The notes under the pieces: model-generated
What the model was told of the DNA's origin: nothing
Database searches by the model: none
Seen by the model: only the letters and a program-made list of their open reading frames with translations
From: Eledone cirrhosa
Taxonomy: Eukaryota
Length of the DNA stretch: 64,000 bases
Assembly (NCBI GenBank): GCA_964016885.1
Contig: OZ024741.1
Location: forward strand, 12,524,001 to 12,588,000
Direction: 5' to 3'
Position numbers and translations under genes: made by a program
Part shown: piece after piece, positions 28,401-46,900 of the stretch
Position numbering within the stretch: the first letter of the stretch is position 1
Layout: each line of letters opens with the position of its first letter

Positions 28401-31400
28401 ACTGAGTTACATACACACATCTACTGAATTACGTACACACACATCTACTGAGTTATATACACACGCATCTACTGAGTTACATACACACATCTGCTGAGTT
28501 ACATACACACACATCTACTGAGTTACATACACACACATCCACTGAGTTACATACATACACATCTACTTAGTTACATACACACACATCTACTGAGTTAAAT
28601 ACATACACATCTACTTAGTTACATATACACACATCCACTGAGTTACATACACACACCTCTACTGAGTGACATACACACATCTACTGAGTTACATACACGC
28701 ACATCTACTGAGTTACATACATACACATACTGAGCTACATACACACACATCTACTGAGTTACATACACCGACATCTACTGTGTTACATATACACACATCT
28801 ACTGAGTTATATACACACACATCTACTGAGTTACATACACACACATCTAATGAGTTACATACACGCACATCTACTGAGTTACATACATACATCTACGGAG
28901 TTACATACATACACATCTACTGAGTTATATAAACACACATCTACTGAGTTACATACAGACACATCTACTGAGTTACATACACACCTCTACAGAGTTACAT
29001 ACAGACACATCTACTGAGTTACATATACACATCTACTAAGCTACATATACACACATCTACTGAGTTACAGACACACATCTACTGAGATACATACACACAT
29101 CTACTGAGTTACATACACACACATCTACTGAGTTACATACACACATCTACTGAGTTACATACACACATATCTACTGAGTTACATATACACATATCTACCG
29201 AGTTACATACACATATCTACTGAGTTACATACACACACACAACTACTGAGTTCCATGCACACTACTCCTGAGTTACATACACTCACATCTACTGAGTTAC
29301 ATACACTCACATCTACTGAGTTACATACACACACATCTACTGAGTTACATACACATATCTACTGAGTTACATACACACACAACTACTGAGTTACATGCAC
29401 ACATCTACTGAGTTACATACACACATATCTACTGAGTTACATACACACCTCTACTTAGTTACATACACACATCTACTGAGTTGCATACACACACATCTAC
29501 TGAGTTACATACACACACATCTACTGTGTTACATACACACACATCTACTGAGTCACATACATACATCTACTGAATTACATACACACACATCTACTGAGTT
29601 ACATACACACGCATCTACTGAGTTACATACACACATCTACTGAATTACATACACGCACATCTACTGAGTTACATACACACACATCTACTGAGTTACATAC
29701 ACACACATCTCCTAAGTTATATACACACATCTACTGAGTTACATACACACACATCTACTGAGTTACATACAGACATATCTACTGAGTTACATACACACAT
29801 CTACTGAGTTACATACACGCACATCTACTGAGTTACATACACACATCTACTGAGTTACATACACACACATCTACTGAGTTACATACATACATCTACTGAG
29901 TTACATACACACACATCTACTGAGTTTCATACAAACACATCTACTGAGTTACATATACACACATCTACTGTGTTACATACACACACATCTACTGAGTTAC
30001 ATACACACATCTACTGAGTTATATACACTCACATCTACTGAGTTACATACACTCACATCTACTGAGTTACATACACACATATCTACTGAGTTACATACAC
30101 ACATCTACTGAGTTACATAAACACATATCTACGGAGTTACATACACACACATCTACTGAGTTACATACACACACATCTACTGAATTACATACACAAACAT
30201 CTACTGAGTTGCATACACATCTACTGTGTTACATACACACACATCTACTGAGTCACATACATACATCTACTGAATAACATACACACACATCTACTGAGTA
30301 ACATACACACGCATCTACTGAGTTACATATACACACATCCACTGAGCTACATACACACACCTCTACTGAGTTACATACACACATCTACTGAGTTACATAC
30401 ACGCACATCTACTGAGTTACATACATACATCTACAGAGTTACATACACACACATCTACTGACTTACATATACCCACATCTACTGAGTTACATACACACAC
30501 ATCTACTGAGTTACATACACACATACAACTACTGTTGTTACATATACACATATCTACTGAGTTACATACACATATCTACTCAGCTACATATACACACACA
30601 ACTACTGAGTTACATGCAAACATCTACTGAGTTACATACACACATATCTACTGAGTTACATACACACATCTACTTAGTTACATACACACATCTACTGAGT
30701 TACATACATACACATCTACTGAGTTACATACACTGGCATCTACTGAGTTACATACACACATATCTACTGAGTTACATACACGCACATCTATTGAGTCACA
30801 TACACACACATCTACTGAGTTACATACACACACCTCTGCTGAGTTACATACACACACAACTACTGAGTTACATATACACACACATCTACTGAGTTACATA
30901 CACACATCTACTGAGTTACATACACTCACATCTACCGAGTTACATACACTCACATCTACTCAGTTACATACACACATATCTACTGAGTTACATACACACA
31001 CATCTACTGTGTCACATACACACACATCTACTGAGTTACATATATACATCTACTGAATTACATACACACACATCTACTGAGTTACATACACACACATCTA
31101 CTGAGTTACATACATACAGATCTAGTGAGTTACATACATACATCTACTGAGTTACATACACACATATCTACTGAGTTACATACACACACATCTACTGAGT
31201 TATATACACACATCTCTATTGAGTTACATACACACACATCTACTGAGTTACATACACTCACATCTACTGTGTTTCATACACACATATATCCCTAGTTACA
31301 TACACACATCTACTGAGTTACAAACACACACATCTACTGAGTCACATACATACACATCTCCTGAGTTACATACACTCACATCTACTGAGTTACATACACA

Positions 31401-34400
31401 CAAATCTACTGTGTTACATATACACACATCCACTGAGTTACATACACACACCTCTACTGAGTTACATACACACATCTACTCAGTTACATACACGCACATC
31501 TACTGAGTTGCATACACACACATCTACTGAGTTACATGAATGCATCTACTGAGTTACATACACACACATATACTGAGTTACATACACACACATCTACTGA
31601 GTTACATACACACACATCTACTCAGTTACATATACACATATCTACTGAGTTACATACACACAAATCTACTGAGTTACATACACACACATCTACTGAGTTA
31701 CATACACACACACAACTACTGAGTCACATACACACATCTACTGAGTTACATACACACACATCAACCGAGATACATACACACATCTACAGAGTTACATACA
31801 CACACATCTACAGAGTTATATACACACACATCTACTGAGTTACATACACTCACATCTACTGTGTTAAATAAACATATCTACTGAGTTACATACATACACA
31901 GCTATTGAGTTCCATACACACATCTACTGAGTTACATACACACATATCTACTGAGTTACATACACACATCTACTTAGTTACATACACACATCTACTGAGT
32001 TACATACATACACATATATTGAGTTACATACACACACATCTACTGAGTTACATACACACATATCTACTGAGTTACATACACAAACATCTACTGAGTTATA
32101 TACACACACATCTACTGAATTACATACACACACATCTACTGAGTTACATATACACACATCCACTGAGTTACATACCCAAACCTCTAATGAGTTACATACA
32201 TACACATCTACTGAGTTACATACATACACATCTACTGAGTTATTTACACTCACATCTACTGAGTTACATACACTCACATCTACTGAGTTACATACACACA
32301 TCTACTGAGTTACATACACACACACATCTACTGAGTTACATACACTCACATCTACTGAGTTACATACACACATCTACTGAGTTACATACACACACATCTA
32401 CTGAGTTATATACACACATATCTACTGAGTTACATACACACACATCTATTGAGTTACATACACACACATCTACTGTGTCAAATACATACACATCTACTGA
32501 GTTACATAGACACATCTACTGAATTACGTACACACACATCTACTGAGTTATATACACACGCATCTACTGAGTTACATACACACATCTGCTGAGTTACATA
32601 CACACACATCTACTGAGTTACATATACACACATCCACTGAGTTACATACACACACCTCTACTGAGTGACATACACACATCTACTGAGTTACATACACGCA
32701 CATCTACTGAGTTACATACATACACCTACTGAGCTACATACACACACATCTACTGAGTTACATACACCGACATCTACTGTGTTACATATACACACATCTA
32801 CTGAGTTACATACACACAAATCTACTGAGTTACATACACACACATCTAATGAGTTACATACACGCACATCTACTGAGTTACATACATACATCTACTGAGT
32901 TACATATATACACATCTACTGAGTTATATAAACACACATCTACTGAGTTACATACAGACACATCTACTGAGTTACATACACACCTCTACAGAGTTACATA
33001 CAGACACATCTACTGAGTTACATATACACATCTACTAAGCTACATATACACACATCTACTGAGTTACAGACAAACATCTACTGAGTTACATACACACATC
33101 TACTGAGTTACATACACACACATCTACTGAGTTACATACACACATCTACTGAGTTACATACACACATATCTACTGAGTTACATATACACATATCTACCGA
33201 GTTACATACACATATCTACTGAGTTACATACACACACACAACTACTGAGTTCCTTGCACACTACTCCTGAGTTACATACACTCACATCTACTGAGTTACA
33301 TACACTCACATCTACTGAGTTACATACACACACATCTACTGAGTTACATACACATATCTACTGAGTTACATACACACACAACTACTGAGTTACATGCACA
33401 CATCTACTGAGTTACATACACACATATCTACTGCGTTACATACACACCTCTACTTAGTTACATACACACATCTACTGAGTTGCATACACACACATCTACT
33501 GAGTTACATACACACACATCTAATGTGTTACATACACACACATCTACTGAGTCACATACATACATCTACTGAATTACATACACACACATCTACTGAGTTA
33601 CATACACACGCATCTACTGAGTCACATACACACATCTACTGAATTACATACACGCACATCTACTGAGTTACATACACACACATCTACTGAGTTACATACA
33701 CACACATCTCTTAAGTTATATACACACATCTACTGAGTTACATACACACACATCTACTGAGTTACATACAGACATATCTACTGAGTTACATACACACATC
33801 TACTGAGTTACATACACGCACATCTACTGAGTTACATACACACATCTATTGAGTTACATACACACACATCTACTGAGTTACATACATACATCTACTGAGT
33901 TACATACACACACATCTACTGAGATACATACAAACACATCTACTGAGTTACATATACACACATTTCTGTGTTACATACACACACATCTACTGAGTTACAT
34001 ACATACATCTACTGAGTTACATACACACACATCTACTGAGTTACATACAAACACATCTACTGAGTTACATATACACACATCTACTGTGTTACATACACAC
34101 ACATCTACTGAGTTACATACACACATCTACTGAGTTATATACACTCACATCTACTGAGTTACATACACTCACATCTACTGAGTTACGTACACACATATCT
34201 ACTGAGTTACATACACACATCTACTGAGTTACATAAACACATGTCTACGGAGTTACATACACACACATCTACTGAGTTACATACACACACATCTACTGAG
34301 TTACATACACAAACATCTACTGAGTTACATACACATCTACTGTGTTACATACACACACATCTACTGAGTCACATACATACATCTACTGAGTAACATACAC

Positions 34401-37400
34401 ACGCATCTACTGAGTTACATATACACACATCCACTGAGCTACATACACACACCTCTACTGAGTTACATACACACATCTACTGAGTTACATACACGCACAT
34501 CTACTGAGTTACATACATACATCTACAGAGTTACATACACACACATCTACTGACTTACATATACCCACATCTACTGAGTTACATACACACACATCTACTG
34601 AGTTACATACACACATACAACTACTGAGTTACATATACACATATCTACTGAGTTACATACACACATCTACTGAGTTACATACACACATACAACTACTGTT
34701 GTTACATATACACATATCTACTGAGTTACATACACATATCTACTCAGTTACATATACACACACAACTACTGAGTTACATGCAAACATCTACTGAGTTACA
34801 TACACACATATCTACTGAGTTACATACACACATCTACTTAGTTACATACACACATCTACTGAGTTACATACATACACATCTACTGAGTTACATACACTGG
34901 CATCTACTGAGTTACATACACACATATCTACTGAGTTACATACACGCACATCTATTGAGTCACATACACACACATCTACTGAGTTACATACACACACCTC
35001 TGCTGAGTTACATACACACACAACTACTGAGTTACATATACACACACATCTACTGAGTTACATACACACATCTACTGAGTTACATACACTCACATCTACC
35101 GAGTTACACACACTCACATCTACTCAGTTACATACACACATATCTACTGAGTTACATACACACACATCTACTGTGTCACATACACACACATCTACTGAGT
35201 TACATATATACATCTACTGAATTACATACACACACATCTACTGAGTTACATACACACACATCTACTGAGTTACATACATACAGATCTAGTGAGTTACATA
35301 CATACATGTACTGAGTTACATACACACATATCTACTGAGTTACATACACACACATCTACTGAGTTATATACACACATCTCTACTGAGTTACATACACACA
35401 CATCTACTGAGTTACATACACTCACATCTACTGTGTTTCATACACACATATATCCCTAGTTACATACACACATCTACTGAGTTACAAACACACACATCTA
35501 CTGAGTCACATACATACACATCTACTGAGTTACATACACTCACATCTACTGAGTTACATACACACAAATCTACTGTGTTACATATACACACATCCACTGA
35601 GTTACATACACACACCTCTACTGAGTTACATACACACATCTACTCAGTTACATACACGCACATCTACTGAGTCGCATACACACACATCTACTGAGTTACA
35701 TGAATGCATCTACTGAGTTACATACACACACATCTACTGAGTTACATACACACACATCTACTGAGTTACATACACACACATCTACTCAGTTACATATACA
35801 CATATCTACTGAGTTACATACACACAAATCTACTGAGTTACATACACACACATCTACTGAGTTACATACACACACACAACTACTGAGTTACATACACACA
35901 TCTACTGAGTTACATACACGCACATCAACCGAGATACATACACACATCTACAGAGTTACATACACACACATCTACAGAGTTATATACACACACATCTACT
36001 GAGTTACATACACTCACATCTACTGTGTTAAATAAACATATCTACTGAGTTACATACATACACAGCTATTGAGTTCCATACACACATCTACTGAGTTACA
36101 TACACACATATCTACTGAGTTACATACACACATCTACTTAGTTACATACACACATCTACTGAGTTACATACATACACATATATTGAGTTACATACACACA
36201 CATCTACTGAGTTACATACACACATATCTACTGAGTTACATACACAAACATCTACTGAGTTATATACACACACATCTACTGAATTACATACACATACATC
36301 TACTGAGTTACATATACACACATCCACTGAGTTACATACACAAACCTCTAATGAGTTACATACATACACATCTACTGAGTTACATACATACACATCTACT
36401 GAGTTATTTACACTCACATCTACTGTGTTACATACACTCACATCTACTGAGTTACATACACACATCTACTGAGTTACATACACACACACATCTACTGAGT
36501 TACATACACTCACATCTACTGAGTTACATACACACATCTACTGAGTTACATACACACACATCTACTGAGTTATATACACACATATCTACTGAGTTACATA
36601 CACACACATCTATTGAGTTACATACACACACATCTACTGTGTCAAATACATACACATCTACTGAGTTACATACACACATCTACTGAATTACGTACACACA
36701 CATCTACTGAGTTATATACACACGCATCTACTGAGTTACATACACACATCTGCTGAGTTACATACACACACATCTACTGAGTTACATACACACACATCCA
36801 CTGAGTTACATACATACACATCTACTTAGTTACATACACACACATCTACTGAGTTAAATACACACACATCTACTGAGTTACATATACACACATCCACTGA
36901 GTTACATACACACACCTCTACTGAGTGACATACACACATCTACTGAGTTACATACACGCACATCTACTGAGTTACATACATACACCTACTGAGCTACATA
37001 CACACACATCTACTGAGTTACATACACCGACATCTACTGTGTTACATATACACACATCTACTGAGTTACATACACACAAATCTACTGAGTTACATACACA
37101 CACATCTAATGAGTTACATACACGCACATCTACTGAGTTACATACATACATCTACTGAGTTACATACATACACATCTACTGAGTTATATAAACACACATC
37201 TACTGAGTTACATACAGACACATCTACTGAGTTACATACACACCTCTACAGAGTTACATACAGACACATCTACTGAGTTACATATACACATCTACTAATC
37301 TACATATACACACATCTACTGAGTTACAGACACACATCTACTGAGTTACATACACACATCTACTGAGTTACATACACACACATCTACTGAGTTACATACA

Positions 37401-37900
37401 CACATCTACTGAGTTACATACACACATATCTACTGAGTTACATATACACATATCTACCGAGTTACATACACATATCTACTGAGTTACATACACACACACA
37501 ACTACTGAGTTCCGTGCACACTACTCCTGAGTTACATACACTCACATCTACTGAGTTACATACACTCACATCTACTGAGTTACATACACACACATCTACT
37601 GAGTTACATACACATATCTACTGAGTTACATACACACACAACTACTGAGTTACATGCACACATCTACTGAGTTACATACACACATATCTACTGAGTTACA
37701 TACACACCTCTACTTAGTTACATACACACATCTACTGAGTTGCATACACACACATCTACTGTGTTACATACACACACATCTACTGAGTCACATACATACA
37801 TCTACTGAATTACATACACACACATCTACTGAGTTACATACACACGCATCTACTGAGTCACATACACACATCTACTGAATTACATACACGCACATCTACT
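10500..37900. repeat. Higher-order repeat domain A, period ~4.1 kb, about 7 copies
   Basis: The rare-variant block catgcaaac..cactggcatc starts at 11183, 15745, 19700, 22378, 26473, 30614 and 34778. Variant catgaatgc occurs at 12101, 16645, 23300, 27395, 31536 and 35700. Boundaries are approximate. Confidence 0.88.
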
Positions 37901-40900
37901 GAGTTACATACACACACATCTACTGAGTTACATACACACATCTAGTGAGTTACATACACACATCTACTGAGTTACATACACACACATCTACTGAGTTACA
38001 TACACACACCTCTACTGAGTTACATACACACATCCACTGTGTTACATACACGCACATCTACTGAGTTACATACATACATCTACTGAGTTACGTACGCTCA
38101 CATCTACTGAGTTACATACACACACATCTACAGAGTTACATATACACACATCTACTGAGTTGGATACACACATCTACTGAGTTACATATACACACATCTA
38201 CTGTGTTACATACACACACCTCTACTGAGTTACATACATACACATCTATTGAGTTACATACACACACATCTACTGAGTTACATACACACACATCTACTAA
38301 GTTACATACACACATCTACTGAGTTACATACACACAAATCTACTGAGTTACATACACACACATCTAATGAGTTACATACACGCACATCTACTGAGTTACA
38401 TACATACATCTACTGAGTTACATACAGACACATCTACTGAGTTACATACACACCTCTACTGAGTTACATACACACACCATCTACTGAGTTACATACACAC
38501 ACATCTTCTGAATTACATATACACACATCTACTGAGTTACATACACACACATCAACTGAGATACATACACACATCTACAGAGTTACATACAGACACATCT
38601 ACTGAGTTACATATACACATCTACTAAGCTACATACACACACATCTACTGAGTTACAGACACACGTCTACTGAGTTACATACACACATCTACTGAGTTAC
38701 ATACACACATCTACTGAGTTACATACACAAATCTACTGAGTTACATACACACATATCTACTGAGTTACATATACACATATCTACCGAGTTACATACACAT
38801 ATCTACTGAGTTACATACACACACACAACTACTGAGTTCCATGCACACTACTCCTGAGTTACATACACTCACATCTACTGAGTACATACACTCACATCTA
38901 CTGAGTTACATACACACACATCTACTGAGTTACATACACATATCTACTGAGTTACATACACACACAACTACTGAGTTACATGCACACATCTACTGAGTTA
39001 CATACACACATATCTACTGAGTTACATACACACCTCTACTTAGTTACATACACACATCTACTGAGTTGCATACATACACATCTACTGAGTTACACACACT
39101 CACATCTACTGAGTTACATACACACACATCTACTGAATCACATACATACATCAACTAAATTACATACACACACATCTACTGAGTTACATACAAACGCATC
39201 TACTGAGTTACATACACACTACTGCTGAGTTACATACACACACATCTACTGAGTTACATACACACACATCTACTGTGTTACATACACACACATCTACTGA
39301 GTCACATACATACATCTACTGAATTACATACACGCACATCTACTGAGTTACATACACACACATCTACTGAGTTACATACACACACATCTCCTAAGTTATA
39401 TACACACATCTACTGAGTTACATACACACACATCTACTGAGTTACATACAGACATATCTACTGAGTTACATACACGCACATCTACTGAGTTACATACACA
39501 CATCTACTGAGTTACATACACACACATCTACTGAGTTACATACATACATCTACTGAGTTACATACACACACATCTACTGAGTTACATACAAACACATCTA
39601 CTGAGTTACATATACACACATTTCTGTGTTACATACACACACATCTACTGAGTTACATACACTCACATCTACTGAGTTACATACACACATATCTACTGAG
39701 TTACATACACACATCTAATGAGCTACATACGCACATATCTACTGAGTTACATACACACATCTAGTGAGTTACATACACACATCTACTGAGTTACGTACGC
39801 TCACATCTACTGAGTTACATACACACACATCTACAGAGTTACATATACACACATCTACTGAGTTGGATACACACATCTACTGAGTTACATATACACACAT
39901 CTACTGTGTTACATACACACACCTCTACTGAGTTACGTACATACACATCTATTGAGTTACATACACACACATCTACTGAGTTACATACACACACATCTAC
40001 TAAGTTACATACACACATCTACTGAGTTACATACACACAAATCTACTGAGTTACATACACACACATCTAATGAGTTACATACACGCACATCTACTGAGTT
40101 ACATACATACATCTACTGAGTTACATACAGACACATCTACTGAGTTACATACACACCTCTACTGAGTTACATACACACACCATCTACTGAGTTACATACA
40201 CACACATCTTCTGAATTACATATACACACATCTACTGAGTTACATACACACACATCAACTGAGATACATACACACATCTACAGAGTTACATACAGACACA
40301 TCTACTGAGTTACATATACACATCTACTAAGCTACATACACACACATCTACTGAGTTACAGACACACATCTACTGAGTTACATACACACATCTACTGAGT
40401 TACATACACACATCTACTGAGTTACATACACACATATCTACTGAGTTACATATACACATATCTACCGAGTTACATACACATATCTACTGAGTTACATACA
40501 CACACACAACTACTGAGTTCCATGCACACTACTCCTGAGTTACATACACTCACATCTACTGAGTACATACACTCACATCTACTGAGTTACATACACACAC
40601 ATCTACTGAGTTACATACACATATCTACTGAGTTACATACACACACAACTACTGAGTTACATGCACACATCTACTGAGTTACATACACACATATCTACTG
40701 AGTTACATACACACCTCTACTTAGTTACATACACACATCTACTGAGTTGCATACATACACATCTACTGAGTTACATACACTCACATCTACTGAGTTACAT
40801 ACACACACATCTACTGAATCACATACATACATCAACTAAATTACATACACACACATCTACTGAGTTACATACACACGCATCTACTGAGTTACATACACAC

Positions 40901-43900
40901 TACTGCTGAGTTACATACACACACATCTACTGAGTTACATACACACACATCTACTGTGTTACATACACACACATCTACTGAGTCACATACATACATCTAC
41001 TGAATTACATACACGCACATCTACTGAGTTACATACACACACATCTACTGAGTTACATACACACACATCTCCTAAGTTATAAACACACATCTACTGAGTT
41101 ACATACACACACATCTACTGAGTTACATACAGACATATCTACTGAGTTACATACACACATCTACTGAGTTACATACACGCACATCTACTGAGTTACATAC
41201 ACACATCTACTGAGTTACATACACACACATCTACTGAGTTACATACATACATCTACTGAGTTACATACACACACATCTACTGAGTTACATACACACACAT
41301 CTACTGAGTTACATATACACACATCTACTGTGTTACATACACACACATCTACTGAGTTACATACACACATCTACTGAGTTATATACACTCACATCTACTG
41401 AGTTACATACACTCACATCTACTGAGTAACGTACACACATATCTACTGAGTTACATACACACATCTGGTGAGTTACATACACACATCTACTGAGTTACAT
41501 ACACACACATCTACTGAGTTACATACACACACCTCTACTGAGTTACATACACACATCCACTGAGTTACATACACACACCTCTACTGAGTTACATACACAC
41601 ACCTCTACTGAGTTACATACACACATCCACTGAGCTACATACACACACCTCTACTCAGTTACATACACACATCTACTGAGTTATATACACACATCAACTG
41701 AGTTACATACACATACATCTACTGAATTACATACATACACATCTACTGAGTTACATACACACGCATCTACTGAGTTACATACACACATCCAGTGAGTTAC
41801 ATACACGCACATCTACTGAGTTACATACACACATCTATTGAGTTACGTACGCTCACATCTACTGAGTTACATTCACACACATCTACAGAGTTACATATAC
41901 ACACATCTACTGAGTTGCATACACACATCTACTGAGTTACATATACACACATCTACTGTGTTACATACACACACCTCTACTGAGTTACATACATACACAT
42001 CTACTGAGTTACATACACACACATCTACTGAGTTACATACACACACATCAACTACGTTACATACACACATCTACTGAGTTACATACACACATCTACTGAG
42101 TTACATACACACACATCTACTGAGTTACACACACATCTACTGAGTTACATATACACACATCTACTGAGTTGCATACACACATCTACTGAGTTACATATAC
42201 ACACATCTGCTGTGTTACATACACACACCTCTACTGAGTCACATACATACACCTACTGAGTTACATACACACATCAACTGAGTTACATACACATACATCT
42301 ACTGAATTACATACATACACATCTACTGAGTTACATACACACGCATCTACTGAGTTACATACACACAGCTGCTGAGTTACATACACACACATCTACTGAG
42401 TTACATACACACACATCTACTGGGTTACATACATACACATCTACTGAGTTACATACACACATCTACTGAGTTACATACACACATATCTACTGAGTTACAT
42501 ATACACATATCTACCGAGTTACATACACATATCTACTGAGTTACATACACACACACAACTACTGAGTTCCATGCACACTACTCCTGAGTTACATACACTC
42601 ACATCTACTGAGTACATACACTCACATCTACTGAGTTACATACACACACATCTACTGAGTTACATACACATATCTACTGAGTTACATACACACACAACTA
42701 CTGAGTTACATGCACACATCTACTGAGTTACATACACACATATCTACTGAGTTACATACACACCTCTACTTAGTTACATACACACATCTACTGAGTTGCA
42801 TACATACACATCTACTGAGTTACATACACTCACATCTACTGAGTTACATACACACACATCTACTGAATCACATACATACATCAACTAAATTACATACACA
42901 CACATCTACTGAGTTACATACACACGCATCTACTGAGTTACATACACACTACTGCTGAGTTACATACACACACATCTACTGAGTTACATACACACACATC
43001 TACTGTGTTACATACACACATCTACTGAGTCACATACATACATCTACTGAATTACATACACGCACATCTACTGAGTTACATACACACACATCTACTGAGT
43101 TACATACACACACATCTCCTAAGTTATATACACACATCTACTGAGTTACATACACACACATCTACTGAGTTACATACAGACATATCTACTGAGTTACATA
43201 CACACATCTACTGAGTTACATACACGCACATCTACTGAGTTACATACACACATCTACTGAGTTACATACACACACATCTACTGAGTTACATACATACATC
43301 TACTGAGTTACATACACACACATCTACTGAGTTACATACACACACATCTACTGAGTTACATATACACACATCTACTGTGTTACATACACACACATCTACT
43401 GAGTTACATACACACATCTACTGAGTTATATACACTCACATCTACTGAGTTACATACACTCACGTCTACTGAGTAACGTACACACATATCTACTGAGTTA
43501 CATACACACATCTAGTGAGTTACATACACACATCTACTGAGTTACATACACACACATCTACTGAGTTACATACACACACCTCTACTGAGTTACATACACA
43601 CATCCACTGAGTTACATACACACACCTCTACTGAGTTACATACACACACCTCTACTCAGTTACATACACACATCTACTGAGTTATATACACACATCAACT
43701 GAGTTACATACACATACATCTACTGAATTACATACATACACATCTACTGAGTTACATACACACGCATCTACTGAGTTACATACACACATCCAGTGAGTTA
43801 CATACACGCACATCTACTGAGTTACATACATACATCTACTGAGTTACGTACGCTCACATCTACTGAGTTACATTCACACACATCTACAGAGTTACATATA

Positions 43901-46900
43901 CACACATCTACTGAGTTGCATACACACATCTACTGAGTTACATATACACACATCTACTGTGTTACATACACACACCTCTACTGAGTTACATACATACACA
44001 TCTACTGAGTTACATACACACACATCTACTGAGTTACATACACACACATCTACTAAGTTACATACACACATCTACTGAGTTACATACACACATCTACTGA
44101 GTTACATACACACACATCTACTGAGTTACACACACATCTACTGAGTTACATATACACACATCTACTGAGTTGCATACACACATCTACTGAGTTACATATA
44201 CACACATCTGCTGTGTTACATACACACACCTCTACTGAGTCACATACATACACCTACTGAGTTACATACACACATCAACTGAGTTACATACACATACATC
44301 TACTGAATTACATACATACACATCTACTGAGTTACATACACACGCATCTACTGAGTTACATACACACAGCTGCTGAGTTACATACACACACATCTACTGA
44401 GTTACATACACACACATCTACTGAGTTACATACATACACATCTGCTGAGTTACATACACACACATCTACTGAGTTACATACACACACATCTACTGAGTTG
44501 CATATACACACATCTACTGAGTTACATATACACACATCTACTGAGTTACATACACACAAATCTACTGAGTTACATACACACACATCAACTGAGATACATA
44601 CACACATCTACAGAGTTACATACACACACATCTACTGACTTTCATATACACACATCTACTGAGTTAAATACACACACATCTACTGAGTTACATACACAAA
44701 CACCTACCGAGTTACATACACACACATCTACTGTGTTACATACACACATCTACTGAGTCACATACATACATCTACTGAATTACATACACACACATCGACT
44801 GAGTTACATACACACGCATCTACTGAGTTACATACACACATCTACTGAATTACATAAACGCACATTTACTGAGTTACATACACACACATCTACTGAGTTA
44901 CATACACACACATCTCCTAAGTTACATACACACATCTACTGAGTTACATACATACACATCTATTGAGTTACATACACACACATCTACTGAGTTACATACA
45001 CACAAATCTACTGAGTTACATACACAAACATCTACTGAGTTATATACACACACATCTACTACGTTACATACACACATCTACTGAGTTACATACACACATC
45101 TACTGAGTTACATACACACACATCTACTGAGTTACACACACATCTACTGAGTTACATATACACACATCTACTGAGTTGCATACACACATCTACTGAGTTA
45201 CATATACACACATCTGCTGTGTTACATACACACACCTCTACTGAGTCACATACATACACCTACTGAGTTACATACACACATCAACTGAGTTACATACACA
45301 TACATCTACTGAATTACATACATACACATCTACTGAGTTACATACACACGCATCTACTGAGTTACATACACACAGCTGCTGAGTTACATACACACACATC
45401 TACTGAGTTACATACACACACATCTACTGAGTTACATACATACACATCTACTGAGTTACATACACACATCTACTGAGTTACATACACACATATCTACTGA
45501 GTTACATATACACATATCTACCGAGTTACATACACATATCTACTGAGTTACATACACACACACAACTACTGAGTTCCATGCACACTACTCCTGAGTTACA
45601 TACACTCACATCTACTGAGTACATACACTCACATCTACTGAGTTACATACACACACATCTACTGAGTTACATACACATATCTACTGAGTTACATACACAC
45701 ACAACTACTGAGTTACATGCACACATCTGCTGAGTTACATACACACATATCTACTGAGTTACATACACACCTCTACTTAGTTACATACACACATCTACTG
45801 AGTTGCATACATACACATCTACTGAGTTACATACACTCACATCTACTGAGTTACATACACACACATCTACTGAATCACATACATACATCAACTAAATTAC
45901 ATACACACACATCTACTGAGTTACATACACACGCATCTACTGAGTTACATACACACTACTGCTGAGTTACATACACACACATCTACTGAGTTACATACAC
46001 ACACATCTACTGTGTTACATACACACACATCTACTGAGTCACATACATACATATACTGAATTACATACACGCACATCTACTGAGTTACATACACACACAT
46101 CTACTGAGTTACATACACACACATCTCCTAAGTTATATACACACATCTACTGAGTTACATACACACACATCTACTGAGTTACATACAGACATATCTACTG
46201 AGTTACATACACACATCTACTGAGTTACATACACGCACATCTACTGAGTTACATACACACATCTACTGAGTTACATACACACACATCCACTGAGTTACAT
46301 ACATACATCTACTGAGTTACATACACACACATCTACTGAGTTACATACACACACATCTACTGAGTTACATATACACACATCTACTGTGTTACATACACAC
46401 ACATCTACTGAGTTACATACACACATCTACTGAGTTATATACACTCACATCTACTGAGTTACATACACTCACATCTACTGAGTAACGTACACACATATCT
46501 ACTGAGTTACATACACACATCTAGTGAGTTACATACACACATCTACTGAGTTACATACACACACATCTACTGAGTTACATACACACACCTCTACTGAGTT
46601 ACATACACACATCCACTGAGTTACATACACACACCTCTACTGAGTTACATACACACACCTCTACTGAGTTACATACACACATCCACTGAGCTACATACAC
46701 ACACCTCTACTCAGTTACATACACACATCTACTGAGTTATATACACACATCAACTGAGTTACATACACATACATCTACTGAATTACATACATACACATCT
46801 ACTGAGTTACATACACACGCATCTACTGAGTTACATACACACATCCAGTGAGTTACATACACGCACATCTACTGAGTTACATACATACATCTACTGAGTT

